A stretch of 64,000 nucleotides of DNA from Trinickia sp. (GCF_051953955.1 NZ_JBQCIF010000015.1:77017-141016), one strand, 5' to 3'. Shown: positions 21,158 to 31,409, numbered from the stretch's first letter. Notes: a model not told the origin generated them from the letters alone. A program made the numbers and translations.

Positions 21158-24100
21158 ATGAATCGGCCGATTGCTCGCCTGCCCTTGCGCTACATCACTA
21201 CGATGTCGCCTGGCTCACGATGGAAATGGCTCACGTTCGTCGCACTCGCCGCGCTGGTCGGCCTGCTCGCCTATTTCGTCTCGCTCGAAATGCAGACTTC
21301 GCGGCTCCAAGCGCGCTACTTCGCGCGAATCGGGCGGCAGGTATCGTTTTCAGTCGGATCGGGCCCCAGCAACGACATCCGCTTTCCCACGCCGGGCGGG
21401 CCTTACGATTGGCGTCTCGGCTATGCGCGAATGCCTGACTTCGAAGCGCGGCTGCGCTCTCGCGGCTACGTGATCACGAGCCAAGCACGCGATTCGTCGA
21501 TGATGATGTCGCTGGCTGACCGCGGTTTGTTCATCCCATATGCCGAGAAAGACCAAACGGGGCTACGCTTGTTCGATGAGCAGGGCGTGCCGCTGTTCAG
21601 TGCCCGCTATCCCGCGCTCGCCTATGCCGATTACGACGCCATTCCACCTATCGTCGTCAGCGCATTGACGTTCATCGAGGATCGCTATCTGCTCGATTCG
21701 AGCGAGCCCGACCGCAATCCGGCGATCGATTGGGGCCGGTTCGCCCGGGCGCTCTCCGACCAGGCGCTGCGCTTCGTCAATCACCATCAACCGACTCCCG
21801 GCGGCAGCACGCTCGCCACGCAAACGGAGAAGTTCCGCCACTCCCCCGGCGGACGCACCGCCACTCCGCCCGAAAAGCTTCGCCAGATCGCGTCGGCGTC
21901 GGTCCGCGCCTATCTTGGCGGTGAAAATACGATGGCGGCGCGCAAAAACGTCGTCGTTCACTACCTGAACACCGTACCGCTCGCCGCGAGCCCCGGCACC
22001 GGCGAAGTCCAAGGCCTCGGCGACGGCCTCACGGCCTGGTATGGACGCGACTTCGCCGAAGTCAATCGACTGCTCGCGCAGATCACCGCGAAAACCGGCA
22101 ACGGCCCCGTCGCGCCCGTCGTGCTCGCCGACGAAGCGCTCGCGTTCAAGCAAGCGCTTTCGCTCTTGATCGCACAGCGGGCACCGTCGTATTACCTCGT
22201 GCGCAACCGTCCCGCGCTCGATCGGCTGACGGACAGCTATATTCGCGTGCTCGCCGCGAATGGCGTCGTTTCGGCGCCGCTGCGCGATGCCGCACTCGAA
22301 GCTTCGCTCACGTCGAGCTCGATCAAACGCACGCCACCGCAGCCGGCCGCCTCGTTCGTCGCGCGCAAAGCCGTCACCCTCGTGCGCGCGCGCCTGCAGC
22401 AGGCGCTGGGCGTGAACGGCTTCTATGACTTGGACCGGCTCGACCTGACCGTCCATTCGACGTTGAACGATGCGGTCGAGCAGGCCGTTGCCGCGCAACT
22501 CGCCGCGGCGGGCACCGTCGAGGGCGCAAAGGCTGCCGGGCTGTACGGGTTCGAGATGCTGCGTCCCGGCGACGACCCCTCGAAGATCTCGTTCAGCTTT
22601 GCCCTTTTCGAGCATGAACCGAGCGGCCACGATGTCGTGCGCGTGCAAACGGACAGCGTGAACCAGCCGTTCGACATCAACGGCGGCGCGCGCCTCAATC
22701 TCGGCTCGACGGCGAAGCTCAGAACGGTGATCACCTATCTGCAGATCGTCTCGGCGCTGCATGCGCGCTATGCATCGCTCAGCCCCGCCGAGCTCAAACG
22801 CGTGCACGTCGACCCGCTCGACGGTTTGTCGCGCTGGGCCGTCGACTACCTCGCCCATACGAACGATCGATCGCTGCAGCCGATGCTCGAAGCCGCCGTC
22901 GAGCGCAAGTATTCAGCCAGCCCCGGCGAAACGTTCTACACCGGCGGCGGCGCGCAATCCTTCTCCAACTTCGACAAATCGGACAACGGCCGCATCCTCA
23001 CCGTGCGCGATGCCTTCCAGCATTCGGTCAACCTCGTATTCGTGCGGCTCATGCGCGATATCGTCCACTACGAGATGGTGCAAACGGCCGGGCCTTCCGC
23101 GCACTGGTTCGACGACCCCGCCGTTCGCCGCCGCTACCTCGAGCAGTTCGCCGATCGGGAAAGCCTCGTCTATCTGCACCGGTTCTTCGTGAAGTATCAC
23201 GGCAAGCACGCCGACGAAGCGCTCGATACCCTGGTGGCCGATATGCGCAAGAGCCCCCCGAAGCTCGCTACCGCCTTGCGCAGCATCGCGCCCGACGAAC
23301 CGTTCGCGTGGTTCGCGCAGCGCATGCGCACGGCGCTGAAGAACACGCCGAGCGCGTCGATTTCCGACGAAGACCTCGCCAAGCTCTACGAGAAGTACGC
23401 CGTCGACAAATTCAACCTGAACGACCGCGGCTATATCGCAGGGGTGCATCCGATCGCGCTGTGGATGCTCGCCTACCTGCGCCAGCATCCGAATGCCACG
23501 GAAGACGAGCTGCGCAAAGCCAGCCGCAACGCGCGCCTCCAATCGTATGCGTGGCTGTTCAAGACGCGCCATCATCTGACGCAGGACCGCCGCATCCGCC
23601 ACATGGTCGAATTGCAGGCCTACGACGCCATCGGCAAATCATGGCGTGCGCTCGGCTATCCGTTCGACACGATCACGCCGTCGTACGCAGCCGCCATCGG
23701 CGCATCCGGCGATCGGCCCGACGCGCTCGCTCACTTGATCGGCATCATTGCCGACGACGGCAAGATGCACCGCGCCGAGAGCATCGATACGCTCACGTTC
23801 GCCGCGGGCACCCCGTTCGAAACGCGTTTCGGCCGTGCGCCGAGCCCGGAGCATCAAGCCGTTTCGCCCGAGATCGTGACGGTCGCGCGCTCGCTGTTGC
23901 ATGCCGTCGTGGCCGGCGGCACGGGCGCGCGGCTATCGGCCGGCCTGCCGCTCGGCGACGGACGCACGCTAGCGGTATACGGCAAGACCGGCACGGGCGA
24001 TCAGCGCTACAACGTCTACGCGCGCGGCGGCGGACTCATCGAATCGCGCAAGGTCAATCGAACGGCCGTGTTCGTCTTCGTCATCGGCGACCGCTTCTAC

Positions 24101-24298
24101 GGCACGCTGACGGCCTACGCGCACGAGCCGTATGCCGCGCGCTACGACTACACGAGTGCGATGGCCGTGCAGTTGCTCAAATCGCTCGGGCCTTCGCTGG
24201 CCCCTATCCTCGAGGCGAACGACGCGCAAGCGAAAGCCGCCGCTTCGCGCACCGACGCCCGAAGCGCCGCGCCCGTCGACACGACGCCCGCCTTTTGA
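21158..24298 (+). CDS. Large bifunctional-type penicillin-binding protein-like protein (GT51 transglycosylase + transpeptidase-like domain)
   Basis: 1046 aa with an N-terminal TM segment (WKWLTFVALAALVGLLAYFV). GT51-like 'VVSALTFIEDRYLLD' and 'GGSTLATQTEKF'. Transpeptidase motifs SxxK ('GSTAKL'), SxN ('HSVNLVF') and KTG ('GKTGTG'). Confidence 0.75.
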   Translation: MNRPIARLPLRYITTMSPGSRWKWLTFVALAALVGLLAYFVSLEMQTSRLQARYFARIGRQVSFSVGSGPSNDIRFPTPGGPYDWRLGYARMPDFEARLRSRGYVITSQARDSSMMMSLADRGLFIPYAEKDQTGLRLFDEQGVPLFSARYPALAYADYDAIPPIVVSALTFIEDRYLLDSSEPDRNPAIDWGRFARALSDQALRFVNHHQPTPGGSTLATQTEKFRHSPGGRTATPPEKLRQIASASVRAYLGGENTMAARKNVVVHYLNTVPLAASPGTGEVQGLGDGLTAWYGRDFAEVNRLLAQITAKTGNGPVAPVVLADEALAFKQALSLLIAQRAPSYYLVRNRPALDRLTDSYIRVLAANGVVSAPLRDAALEASLTSSSIKRTPPQPAASFVARKAVTLVRARLQQALGVNGFYDLDRLDLTVHSTLNDAVEQAVAAQLAAAGTVEGAKAAGLYGFEMLRPGDDPSKISFSFALFEHEPSGHDVVRVQTDSVNQPFDINGGARLNLGSTAKLRTVITYLQIVSALHARYASLSPAELKRVHVDPLDGLSRWAVDYLAHTNDRSLQPMLEAAVERKYSASPGETFYTGGGAQSFSNFDKSDNGRILTVRDAFQHSVNLVFVRLMRDIVHYEMVQTAGPSAHWFDDPAVRRRYLEQFADRESLVYLHRFFVKYHGKHADEALDTLVADMRKSPPKLATALRSIAPDEPFAWFAQRMRTALKNTPSASISDEDLAKLYEKYAVDKFNLNDRGYIAGVHPIALWMLAYLRQHPNATEDELRKASRNARLQSYAWLFKTRHHLTQDRRIRHMVELQAYDAIGKSWRALGYPFDTITPSYAAAIGASGDRPDALAHLIGIIADDGKMHRAESIDTLTFAAGTPFETRFGRAPSPEHQAVSPEIVTVARSLLHAVVAGGTGARLSAGLPLGDGRTLAVYGKTGTGDQRYNVYARGGGLIESRKVNRTAVFVFVIGDRFYGTLTAYAHEPYAARYDYTSAMAVQLLKSLGPSLAPILEANDAQAKAAASRTDARSAAPVDTTPAF

Positions 24299-24438
24299 TC
24301 CGGGCGAGCATTCTCCGGGCTCCACGCCGCGCTACCCTTCGCTTTTCGCTCCCGTCCCCCTATTGCGTGCGGGGACGGGCATGGGCGTTGCAGGTCTACG
24401 GGTGTCGCACGTGCGGCACACCGTAAAAGGAGCTCAGT

Positions 24439-24645
24439 ATGAACAAGGACCAAGTGAAGGGCGTAACCGAGAAAGCGAAGGGCAAGGTCAACCAGGCCGT
24501 CGGCAATGTAACCAACGACCCGGCCCGCCAAGCCAAGGGCGACCTCCAAGAAGCGGCGGGGGAAGTCCGCAAGGGCTATGGCGACGCCAAGGAAGATCTG
24601 AAGGACGAGCTCGATCGCGACCGTGACGTGAAGAAGCATCACTGA
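24439..24645 (+). CDS. CsbD-family stress-response protein
   Basis: 68 aa. 'MNKDQVKGVTEKAKGKVNQAVGNVTNDPARQAKGDLQEAAGEVRKGYGDAKEDLK' is the classic CsbD repeat pattern. 'aaaggag' lies upstream of the ATG. Confidence 0.9.
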   Translation: MNKDQVKGVTEKAKGKVNQAVGNVTNDPARQAKGDLQEAAGEVRKGYGDAKEDLKDELDRDRDVKKHH

Positions 24646-24703
24646 AAGCACTGAAGGTAAGCGCGTACTTCGCTGGGCGCGCAGGACTGGGCGGGTCATG
24701 GCG

Positions 24704-25612
24704 TCACCGGGCCCGCCCCGTCCGTCTCGCTTGCTCGAGAATGAAATCGATGAATGCCGCGGCGGCGCGGGTTTGATGCCGATCGGGCATATAGAGCAAG
24801 TACATATGCGTGCCGAAGATACTGAGCCGCCATGCGTCGAGCGTCGTCACGACCTCGCCGCTGCGGATGTCGTCTTGCACGACGTAGTCCGGCACGATGC
24901 CGACGCCAAGTCCCGCGAGCACCGCTTGGCGCAGAAACAGGAAGTTCTCCGAGATGAGCGTGGGCTCGAGCAACACCTCGTGTCGTTCCTCCCGAAGATA
25001 GGCTGCGACGCGCAGTTGGCGGCCGACGACCGTGGCCGTGATGAGCGGCGTCGTACGCAAGGCGTCGAGTTCCACAGGCAGCCCATGCGCTTGCGCATAA
25101 GCCTTTGATGCACAGGCCACGTACCGCACGGCGCCCATGTCCCGCGCGACGAGATTCTGCGGCGGCTCGGACATGACGCGCACCGCGATGTCGACCTCGT
25201 CGCGCAGCAGGTCCTCCACACGGTTTTCGAACATGACGTCGAGCACGATGCCCGGATGCAGGCGCTTGAATTCCAACAGCCATTCGGCCATCACGAGCTG
25301 GCCGTAGCCGCTCGGCACGGAAAGGCGAACGCGCCCCTGCGGGGTTTGGCCCAGCGTCTCGACCGTTTCCTGCGCCGCCTCGAGCGCGCGCCGAATCGCA
25401 CGGCCGTGCTCGACCAAGCGCAGCCCCGCCTCGGTCGGCTCGACGCGCCGAGTGGTGCGCCGCACGAGTTGCAGCCCGAGCGTGCGCTCGAACTGATTGA
25501 GGTGATAACTGACGTTGGCCCGCGTCATCTTGAGCCGGCGCGCCGCCTCGCTCAGATTGCCCGCCTCCAATATCTCGACGAGCAGCGACAGGCCGTTCAA
25601 ATCCATGGGCAT
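24704..25612 (-). CDS. LysR-family transcriptional regulator
   Basis: wHTH 'LLVEILEAGNLSEAARRLKMTRANVSYHLNQFERTLGLQLVRR'. It is divergent from the fadB-like gene. Confidence 0.9.
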   Translation of the reverse strand: MPMDLNGLSLLVEILEAGNLSEAARRLKMTRANVSYHLNQFERTLGLQLVRRTTRRVEPTEAGLRLVEHGRAIRRALEAAQETVETLGQTPQGRVRLSVPSGYGQLVMAEWLLEFKRLHPGIVLDVMFENRVEDLLRDEVDIAVRVMSEPPQNLVARDMGAVRYVACASKAYAQAHGLPVELDALRTTPLITATVVGRQLRVAAYLREERHEVLLEPTLISENFLFLRQAVLAGLGVGIVPDYVVQDDIRSGEVVTTLDAWRLSIFGTHMYLLYMPDRHQTRAAAAFIDFILEQARRTGRAR

Positions 25613-25743
25613 GGTGTCTTGCGCCGCGCTACGCTAAGCGCTGTCAAGGAAATTTTTACAGTCTGTCAACTCGCGCTTCAATTGTCAATTTCGGCTATCC
25701 GCTCGACAATCGCACGATCTCCCACCCGCCCTTCCGTCCCGCC

Positions 25744-27867
25744 ATGACCGCCTCGACTCAAGCTCCCGTCGTCTCTCGCGCGCTGCACGGCAACGTGCTC
25801 GTCGTCACCATCGATCACCCGCCGGTCAACGCGTTGAGCGTCGACGTGCGGCGCGGGCTCGTCGACGCGATCGACGCCGCCGAAGCCGATGCGGCAGTCG
25901 CCGCCGTGCTGATCGTCGGTGCGGGCCGCAATTTCATTGCCGGCGCCGATATCCGCGAATTCGGCAAGCCGCCGCTACCGCCGCTGCTGCCCGCGGTTTG
26001 CAATCGCATCGAAGCCTGCGGCAAGCTCGTCGTTGCCGCGGTCCACGGCGCGGCGCTCGGCGGCGGCCTGGAAGTCGCGCTCGCGGCGCATTATCGCCTC
26101 GCCGTGCGGGGAGCCAAGCTCGGCTTACCGGAAGTGCAACTCGGGTTGCTGCCCGGCGCCGGCGGTACGCAGCGCGCCCCTCGCCTCATCGGTGCGGCGG
26201 CGGCCCTCGATTTGATGCTGTCGGGCCGCCATGCGCGCGCCGAAGAAGCGCTGACGCTCGGGCTCGTCGATCGGCTCGGCGCGACGGACGACGTACTCGG
26301 CGAAGGCCTAGCCTACGCGCGCGAATTGCTCGCCGGGAAAGCCGGCACGCGGCCCACTCGGGCAGCCAAAGCGCTGGCCGATACCGAGGCGGCCCGCGCG
26401 GCGATCGATGCGGCGCGCAACGATACGGTCAAGCGTGCACGCGGGCTCTTTTCGCCGTTGAAGATCGTCGAGGCGGTTGAAGCCGCGGCGACGCTGCCGT
26501 TCGACGAAGGCCTCGTCCTCGAACGGAAGCTGTTCATGGAATGCCTCGAAAGCCCGCAGCGCGCAGGGCTCATCCACGCATTCTTCGCCGAGCGCGAAGT
26601 CGTCAAGGCCCCCGAAACGAAAGCGGCCGCGCCGCGTCCCATCGCGACGGTCGGCGTCGTCGGCGGCGGCACCATGGGAGCGGGCATCGCGGTGGCCGTG
26701 CTCGACGCCGGGCTCCCGGTCACGATGATCGAGCGCGACGATGCGGCGCTCGCGCGCGGCCGCGCGCATGTCGAGCGCGTCTACGACGGTCTCGTAAGCA
26801 AAGGCCGCATCAAACCCGAGGTGAAAGACGCCGCCCTTGCCCGCTTCACGGGCAGCACGTCGTACGAGGCGCTCTCGACCGTCGATCTCGTCATCGAAGC
26901 GGTATTCGAAGACATGGCCGTCAAGAAGGCCGTCTTCACCGAGCTCGATCGCGTCTGCAAGGCGGGCGCGATCTTGGCGACGAACACCTCGTATCTCGAC
27001 ATCGACGAGATCGCCGGCACGACCTCACGGCCGGCCGACGTCATCGGCCTGCATTTCTTCTCGCCGGCCAACATCATGAAGCTGCTCGAAATCGTCGTCC
27101 CCGCGCGTGTCGGTGCCGACGTCGTCGCCACCGCGTTCGAACTCGCGAAGCAATTGCGCAAGGTGCCCGTGCGTGCAGGCGTATGCGACGGTTTCATCGG
27201 CAACCGTCTGCTCGCCGTGTATCGCACGGCGGCCGATTATCTGATGGAAGACGGCGCCTCCCCGTATCAAATCGACCGTGCCATGCGCGAGTTCGGCTAT
27301 CCGATGGGCCCGTATCAAGTCGTCGATCTGGCAGGCGGCGACATCGGCTGGGCGGCGCGCAAGCGGCGTGCACCGACGCGCGATCCGCACATGCGCTACG
27401 TCGAAATCGCCGATCGGCTCTGCGAGCGCGGTTGGTTCGGCCAGAAAACGGGCCGCGGGTTCTACCGATACGAGCCAGGCGCCCGCACGGGCACGCCCGA
27501 TCCTGAAGTCGAGGCCATCGTCGAGAGCGAACGCTCGCGCGCGGGCGTGTCGCCACGTAGCTTCACGGACGACGAGATCGTGCGTCGCCTCATGTGCGCG
27601 GTCATCAACGAAGCAGCGAACGTGGTGCGCGAAGGGATCGCGCTGCGCCCGCTCGACATCGACGTCACGCTGATCTACGGTTACGGCTTCCCGCGCTATC
27701 GCGGCGGCCCCATGAAGTACGCCGACATGCTGGGCCTGCCGAACGTGCTGGCCGAACTCGAGCGCTTGGCGGCCGAGGACGCGTTCTTTTGGCAGCCCTC
27801 GCCGCTCATCGTCGAACTGGTCGGGCGCGGCGCCGATTTTTCGAGCCTGAACGGGGCCGCGTCGTAA
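25744..27867 (+). CDS. Bifunctional enoyl-CoA hydratase / 3-hydroxyacyl-CoA dehydrogenase (FadB/FadJ-like)
   Basis: 707 aa. N-terminal crotonase fold ('…NFIAGADIREF…AAVHGAALGGGLEVALAAHYR') and a central NAD Rossmann motif 'VGVVGGGTMGAGIAVA'. Confidence 0.9.
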   Translation: MTASTQAPVVSRALHGNVLVVTIDHPPVNALSVDVRRGLVDAIDAAEADAAVAAVLIVGAGRNFIAGADIREFGKPPLPPLLPAVCNRIEACGKLVVAAVHGAALGGGLEVALAAHYRLAVRGAKLGLPEVQLGLLPGAGGTQRAPRLIGAAAALDLMLSGRHARAEEALTLGLVDRLGATDDVLGEGLAYARELLAGKAGTRPTRAAKALADTEAARAAIDAARNDTVKRARGLFSPLKIVEAVEAAATLPFDEGLVLERKLFMECLESPQRAGLIHAFFAEREVVKAPETKAAAPRPIATVGVVGGGTMGAGIAVAVLDAGLPVTMIERDDAALARGRAHVERVYDGLVSKGRIKPEVKDAALARFTGSTSYEALSTVDLVIEAVFEDMAVKKAVFTELDRVCKAGAILATNTSYLDIDEIAGTTSRPADVIGLHFFSPANIMKLLEIVVPARVGADVVATAFELAKQLRKVPVRAGVCDGFIGNRLLAVYRTAADYLMEDGASPYQIDRAMREFGYPMGPYQVVDLAGGDIGWAARKRRAPTRDPHMRYVEIADRLCERGWFGQKTGRGFYRYEPGARTGTPDPEVEAIVESERSRAGVSPRSFTDDEIVRRLMCAVINEAANVVREGIALRPLDIDVTLIYGYGFPRYRGGPMKYADMLGLPNVLAELERLAAEDAFFWQPSPLIVELVGRGADFSSLNGAAS

Positions 27868-27979
27868 CCTTAGGACGCAACGGCACCGGCGAGAAACATC
27901 ACAGCGGGGAGCGGTTGTCCGTTTTCCCGCCGCTCGACATGCGACATTCGATGTTCGATCATCCGCGAGGACCGAAGCG

Positions 27980-29188
27980 ATGGATCTAAGCCTCACAGCC
28001 GACGAGGAAGCCTTTCGTGGTGAAGTCCGGCGCTTTCTCGATGAGCGGCTGCCGGCGCGCACGGCACATAAAGTCAAGCACGGGCTGCGTCTCACGCGCG
28101 AGGACATGGCCGAGTGGCATGCGATTCTGAACGCGCGCGGCTGGCTGGCGAGCCACTGGCCGCGCGAATACGGCGGCACGGGATGGAGTGCGGTGGAGCG
28201 CTTCGTTTTCGACAACGAATGCGCGCTGGCCGGCGCCCCGCGCATCGTACCGTTCGGCGTGAACATGCTCGGGCCCGTGCTGATCAAGTACGGCAGCGAG
28301 GCGCAAAAGCGCCACTACCTGCCGCGCATTCTCGACGGCACCGACTGGTGGTGCCAAGGGTACTCCGAGCCCGGCGCCGGCTCCGATCTCGCATCGCTGA
28401 CGACACGCGCGGTGCGCGCGGTCGACGCCGAAGGCGAGCACTACGTCGTCAACGGCCAGAAAACGTGGACGACGCTCGGCCACTACGCCAATCGGATCTT
28501 CTGCCTCGTACGCACGGCTACGGACGTACGCAAGCAAGAAGGCATCAGTTTCTTGCTGATCGACATGGACACGCCCGGCATCGAGGTACGCCCCATCGTC
28601 ACGCTGGACGGCGAACATGAAGTCAACGAAGTATTTTTTACGGACGTGCGCGTGCCGGCGGCGAACCTCGTCGGCGAAGAAAACCGCGGCTGGACCTACG
28701 CCAAATACCTGCTCACTTACGAACGCACGAACATCGCCGGCATCGGCTTCTCGGTGGCCGCGCTCGCCCGGCTCGAACGCGTCGCCGCAAAGATCATGCA
28801 GGGCGGGCGCCCGCTCGACGAAGACCCGCTATTCGCAGCGCGCATGGCGCGCATCGCGATCGATCTCGAAAACATGAAGACGACGAACCTGCGCACGATC
28901 GCGGCCGCCGCGAGCGGCGCAGCGCCGGGCGCGCAAAGCTCGATGCTCAAGGTGCGCGGCACGCAGATCCGCCAGGAAATCGCTGCGCTGATGCGTCGGG
29001 CGATGGGTCCGTACGCGCAGCCGTTCATCGACGAAGCATTCGACGAGGCCTACGACGGCACCCCCCTCGGCCCATACGATGCGCCCGATGCCGCCAAGAG
29101 CGACTTCAACAACTACAAACTGTCGATCTTCGGCGGATCGAACGAGATTCAGAAGAACATCATCGCGAAAGCGATCCTCGACCTGTGA
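27980..29188 (+). CDS. Acyl-CoA dehydrogenase family protein
   Basis: 402 aa. '…DWWCQGYSEPGAGSDLASL…VVNGQKTWTT…' and the C-terminal '…SIFGGSNEIQKNIIAK' are ACAD hallmarks. Confidence 0.9.
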   Translation: MDLSLTADEEAFRGEVRRFLDERLPARTAHKVKHGLRLTREDMAEWHAILNARGWLASHWPREYGGTGWSAVERFVFDNECALAGAPRIVPFGVNMLGPVLIKYGSEAQKRHYLPRILDGTDWWCQGYSEPGAGSDLASLTTRAVRAVDAEGEHYVVNGQKTWTTLGHYANRIFCLVRTATDVRKQEGISFLLIDMDTPGIEVRPIVTLDGEHEVNEVFFTDVRVPAANLVGEENRGWTYAKYLLTYERTNIAGIGFSVAALARLERVAAKIMQGGRPLDEDPLFAARMARIAIDLENMKTTNLRTIAAAASGAAPGAQSSMLKVRGTQIRQEIAALMRRAMGPYAQPFIDEAFDEAYDGTPLGPYDAPDAAKSDFNNYKLSIFGGSNEIQKNIIAKAILDL

Positions 29189-29212
29189 TTCTTGAACGGC
29201 TGCGAACCGACG

Positions 29213-30388
29213 ATGAACTTCGAACTGACCGAAGAACAGCGAATGCTGGCTGACACGCTCTCGCGCTTCGTCGCGCAGGAGTACGGTTTCGCGGCGCGCG
29301 AGCGCATCGCGCGCTCACCCGAAGGTTTCGATCGCGCGATGTGGCGACGCTTCGGAGAATTGGGGGCCATCGGCGCATTGTTCGCGCCCGAGCACGGCGG
29401 CTTCGGCGGCACCGGCGACGACATTGCCATCGTCTTCGAGCATCTCGGGCGGGCGCTCGTCGCCGAGCCGTTCTTGTCCGCACTCGTTGCCGGGCGCGCC
29501 ATCGCGCTGGCAGGCAACGCTCGCCAACGTGTGTGCTTGACGCCACTGATCGACGGCGAGACCGTGCTCGCGTTCGCCCATGGCGAACCTGATTCGCGCT
29601 ACGAACTGAGCCGTGTTGCGACGACGGCGACGCAAACTAGCGACGGCTGGCGCTTGAATGGAACGAAAGCCGTCGTGCTCTTCGGCGAGGCGGCCGAGGG
29701 CTTCGTCATCTCCGCGCGCACGAGCGGCGCCGTCGATGCCGAGCGCGGCATCACGCTCTTTTGCGTGCCGCGCGACACAGCAGGGCTCACGCTGCGCGGC
29801 TATGCGCTGATCGACGGCGGCCGCGGCGCGGAACTCGTGCTGCGCGACGCCACGCTGCCTGCCGAGGCCCTGCTCGGCCAATTGGACGATGGCTTCGACA
29901 CGCTCGAAGCGGCGCTCGGCTGCGGCGTGCTGGCGCTCTCGGCGGAAGCGCTGGGCGCAATGGAGGCGACCTTCGCGGCAACGCTCGACTATCTGCGCAC
30001 GCGCCGCCAATTCGGCACGCCAATCGGCAGCTTCCAGGCCCTGCAGCATCGCATGGCCGACGCTGCGATCGATCTGGAGCAGGTGCGCTCCGCGGTGATC
30101 AATGCGGCGTCAGCGCTCGAAGGCCCGCGCATTGCGCGAGAACGCGCGCTTTCCGCGGCCAAGTACACGGTCGGCAGAGTCGGGACCCACCTGTCTCGCG
30201 AAGCGGTGCAACTGCACGGCGGCATCGGCATGACGTGGGAACTGCCGCTCTCGCATTATGCGAAGCGGCTCGTGATGATCGATCATCAACTCGGCGACGA
30301 AGACCATCATTTGGCGCGCTACATCGCGCTGGGCCGTGCGCCCTGCACCGCGGACGGCGTGAGCGAAGCGACCGCCTGCTCGCGGTAA
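29213..30388 (+). CDS. Acyl-CoA dehydrogenase family protein (second, tandem)
   Basis: I prefer the ATG at 29213 ('MNFELTEEQRMLAD…', a typical ACAD N-terminus), 24 nt after the previous stop. 'RQFGTPIGSFQALQHRMAD' is the ACAD middle/C-terminal signature. Confidence 0.85.
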   Translation: MNFELTEEQRMLADTLSRFVAQEYGFAARERIARSPEGFDRAMWRRFGELGAIGALFAPEHGGFGGTGDDIAIVFEHLGRALVAEPFLSALVAGRAIALAGNARQRVCLTPLIDGETVLAFAHGEPDSRYELSRVATTATQTSDGWRLNGTKAVVLFGEAAEGFVISARTSGAVDAERGITLFCVPRDTAGLTLRGYALIDGGRGAELVLRDATLPAEALLGQLDDGFDTLEAALGCGVLALSAEALGAMEATFAATLDYLRTRRQFGTPIGSFQALQHRMADAAIDLEQVRSAVINAASALEGPRIARERALSAAKYTVGRVGTHLSREAVQLHGGIGMTWELPLSHYAKRLVMIDHQLGDEDHHLARYIALGRAPCTADGVSEATACSR

Positions 30389-31218
30389 GCGCGTAACGCG
30401 TCTCCTGTGGCTGCGTCGGCGGGAAAAAAGGCCTCGATTGCGAGCTCGGAGAGCGTCACGTCGACAGGTGAGCCGAATACGGTCGTCGTGCTGAAGAACG
30501 ACAGCACCCCAATATCGGTGCGCAGCCGAAACGGCACGACGACGTCCGCGAGCGGTGCAGGCTCGCGACTCGGTTCGAGATCGGCGCCGCTGGGTGCCGG
30601 ATAGGCGGCCAACTCTTCGACGAGCGCCGCAAGCGTGGCGTCGCCACTGGCGTGTGCCTGGCGCTCGACTCTCTGAAGCGAATGCGCGCGCCAGCCGGCC
30701 CAATCCACGAGATGCGGCGCGAGCCCATCGGGGTGCAGCGAAAGACGCAGCACGTTGACGGGCGGTTCGAGCAATCGCGGATCGGCGCGTGCGACGAGCG
30801 GCGCGAGGGCACCGTTCGCGGCCACCATCGTCCAATGCCGATCGATCGCGAGGGCCGGATACGGCTCGTGTCCTTGCAGCACGAGTTGCACGGCGTCGCG
30901 CGCGGCATCGAGTTGCGGATCGGACAGCGTCCGCTCCGCGTAGAGCGGCGCGTAGCCGGCGGCAACGAGCAGCGCATTGCGCGCGCGCAGCGGCACGTCG
31001 AGTTGCTCAGCCAGATGGATGAGCATTTCTCGGCTCGGCTGGGCGCGGCCCGATTCGACGAAGCTCAAATGCCGCGTCGAGATCTGCGCTTCGGTGGCCA
31101 GCACGAGCTGGCTCATGCGTCGGCGCTGGCGCCATTCCCGCAGCAAATCGCCCACGGAGCGGCTCGCGCGTTGAGTGACGGGGGGCGCGGCGCGTGCTGG
31201 GGTAAAGGTCTGGTTCAT
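30319..31218 (-). CDS. MmyB-like XRE-family transcriptional regulator
   Basis: 'LLREWRQRRRMSQLVLATEAQISTRHLSFVESGRAQPSREMLIHLAEQLDVPLRARNALLVAAGY' is the XRE HTH plus MmyB-type extension. Its 3' end overlaps the convergent ACAD gene by about 70 nt. Confidence 0.8.
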   Translation of the reverse strand: MNQTFTPARAAPPVTQRASRSVGDLLREWRQRRRMSQLVLATEAQISTRHLSFVESGRAQPSREMLIHLAEQLDVPLRARNALLVAAGYAPLYAERTLSDPQLDAARDAVQLVLQGHEPYPALAIDRHWTMVAANGALAPLVARADPRLLEPPVNVLRLSLHPDGLAPHLVDWAGWRAHSLQRVERQAHASGDATLAALVEELAAYPAPSGADLEPSREPAPLADVVVPFRLRTDIGVLSFFSTTTVFGSPVDVTLSELAIEAFFPADAATGDALRAYREQAVASLTPSAVQGARPSAM

Positions 31219-31409
31219 GAAAGACGATCATAGCCAATCGCAGCGCTGTTTCCATTACCTCACACGTAATCGACGAGCGGCGCGAGTTGGCCGAAGCTTC
31301 GATCCAAGCGCTGAGCGGCTCCGATGCAAGAGACGGCGCCGATGATGCGCTTGAGTGTTGCGGCAGGTGCCGCCCAATCGATCAACTGGCTTTGGATTTG
31401 GAGAAAGTG

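Noticed and set aside
30319-30388. 70-nt overlap of the convergent 3' ends of the second ACAD gene and the MmyB-like regulator, considered as a possible antisense regulatory arrangement.
   Set aside because: Both proteins appear to have non-conserved C-terminal tails beyond their recognisable domains. The overlap is most simply explained by late stop codons in GC-rich DNA.
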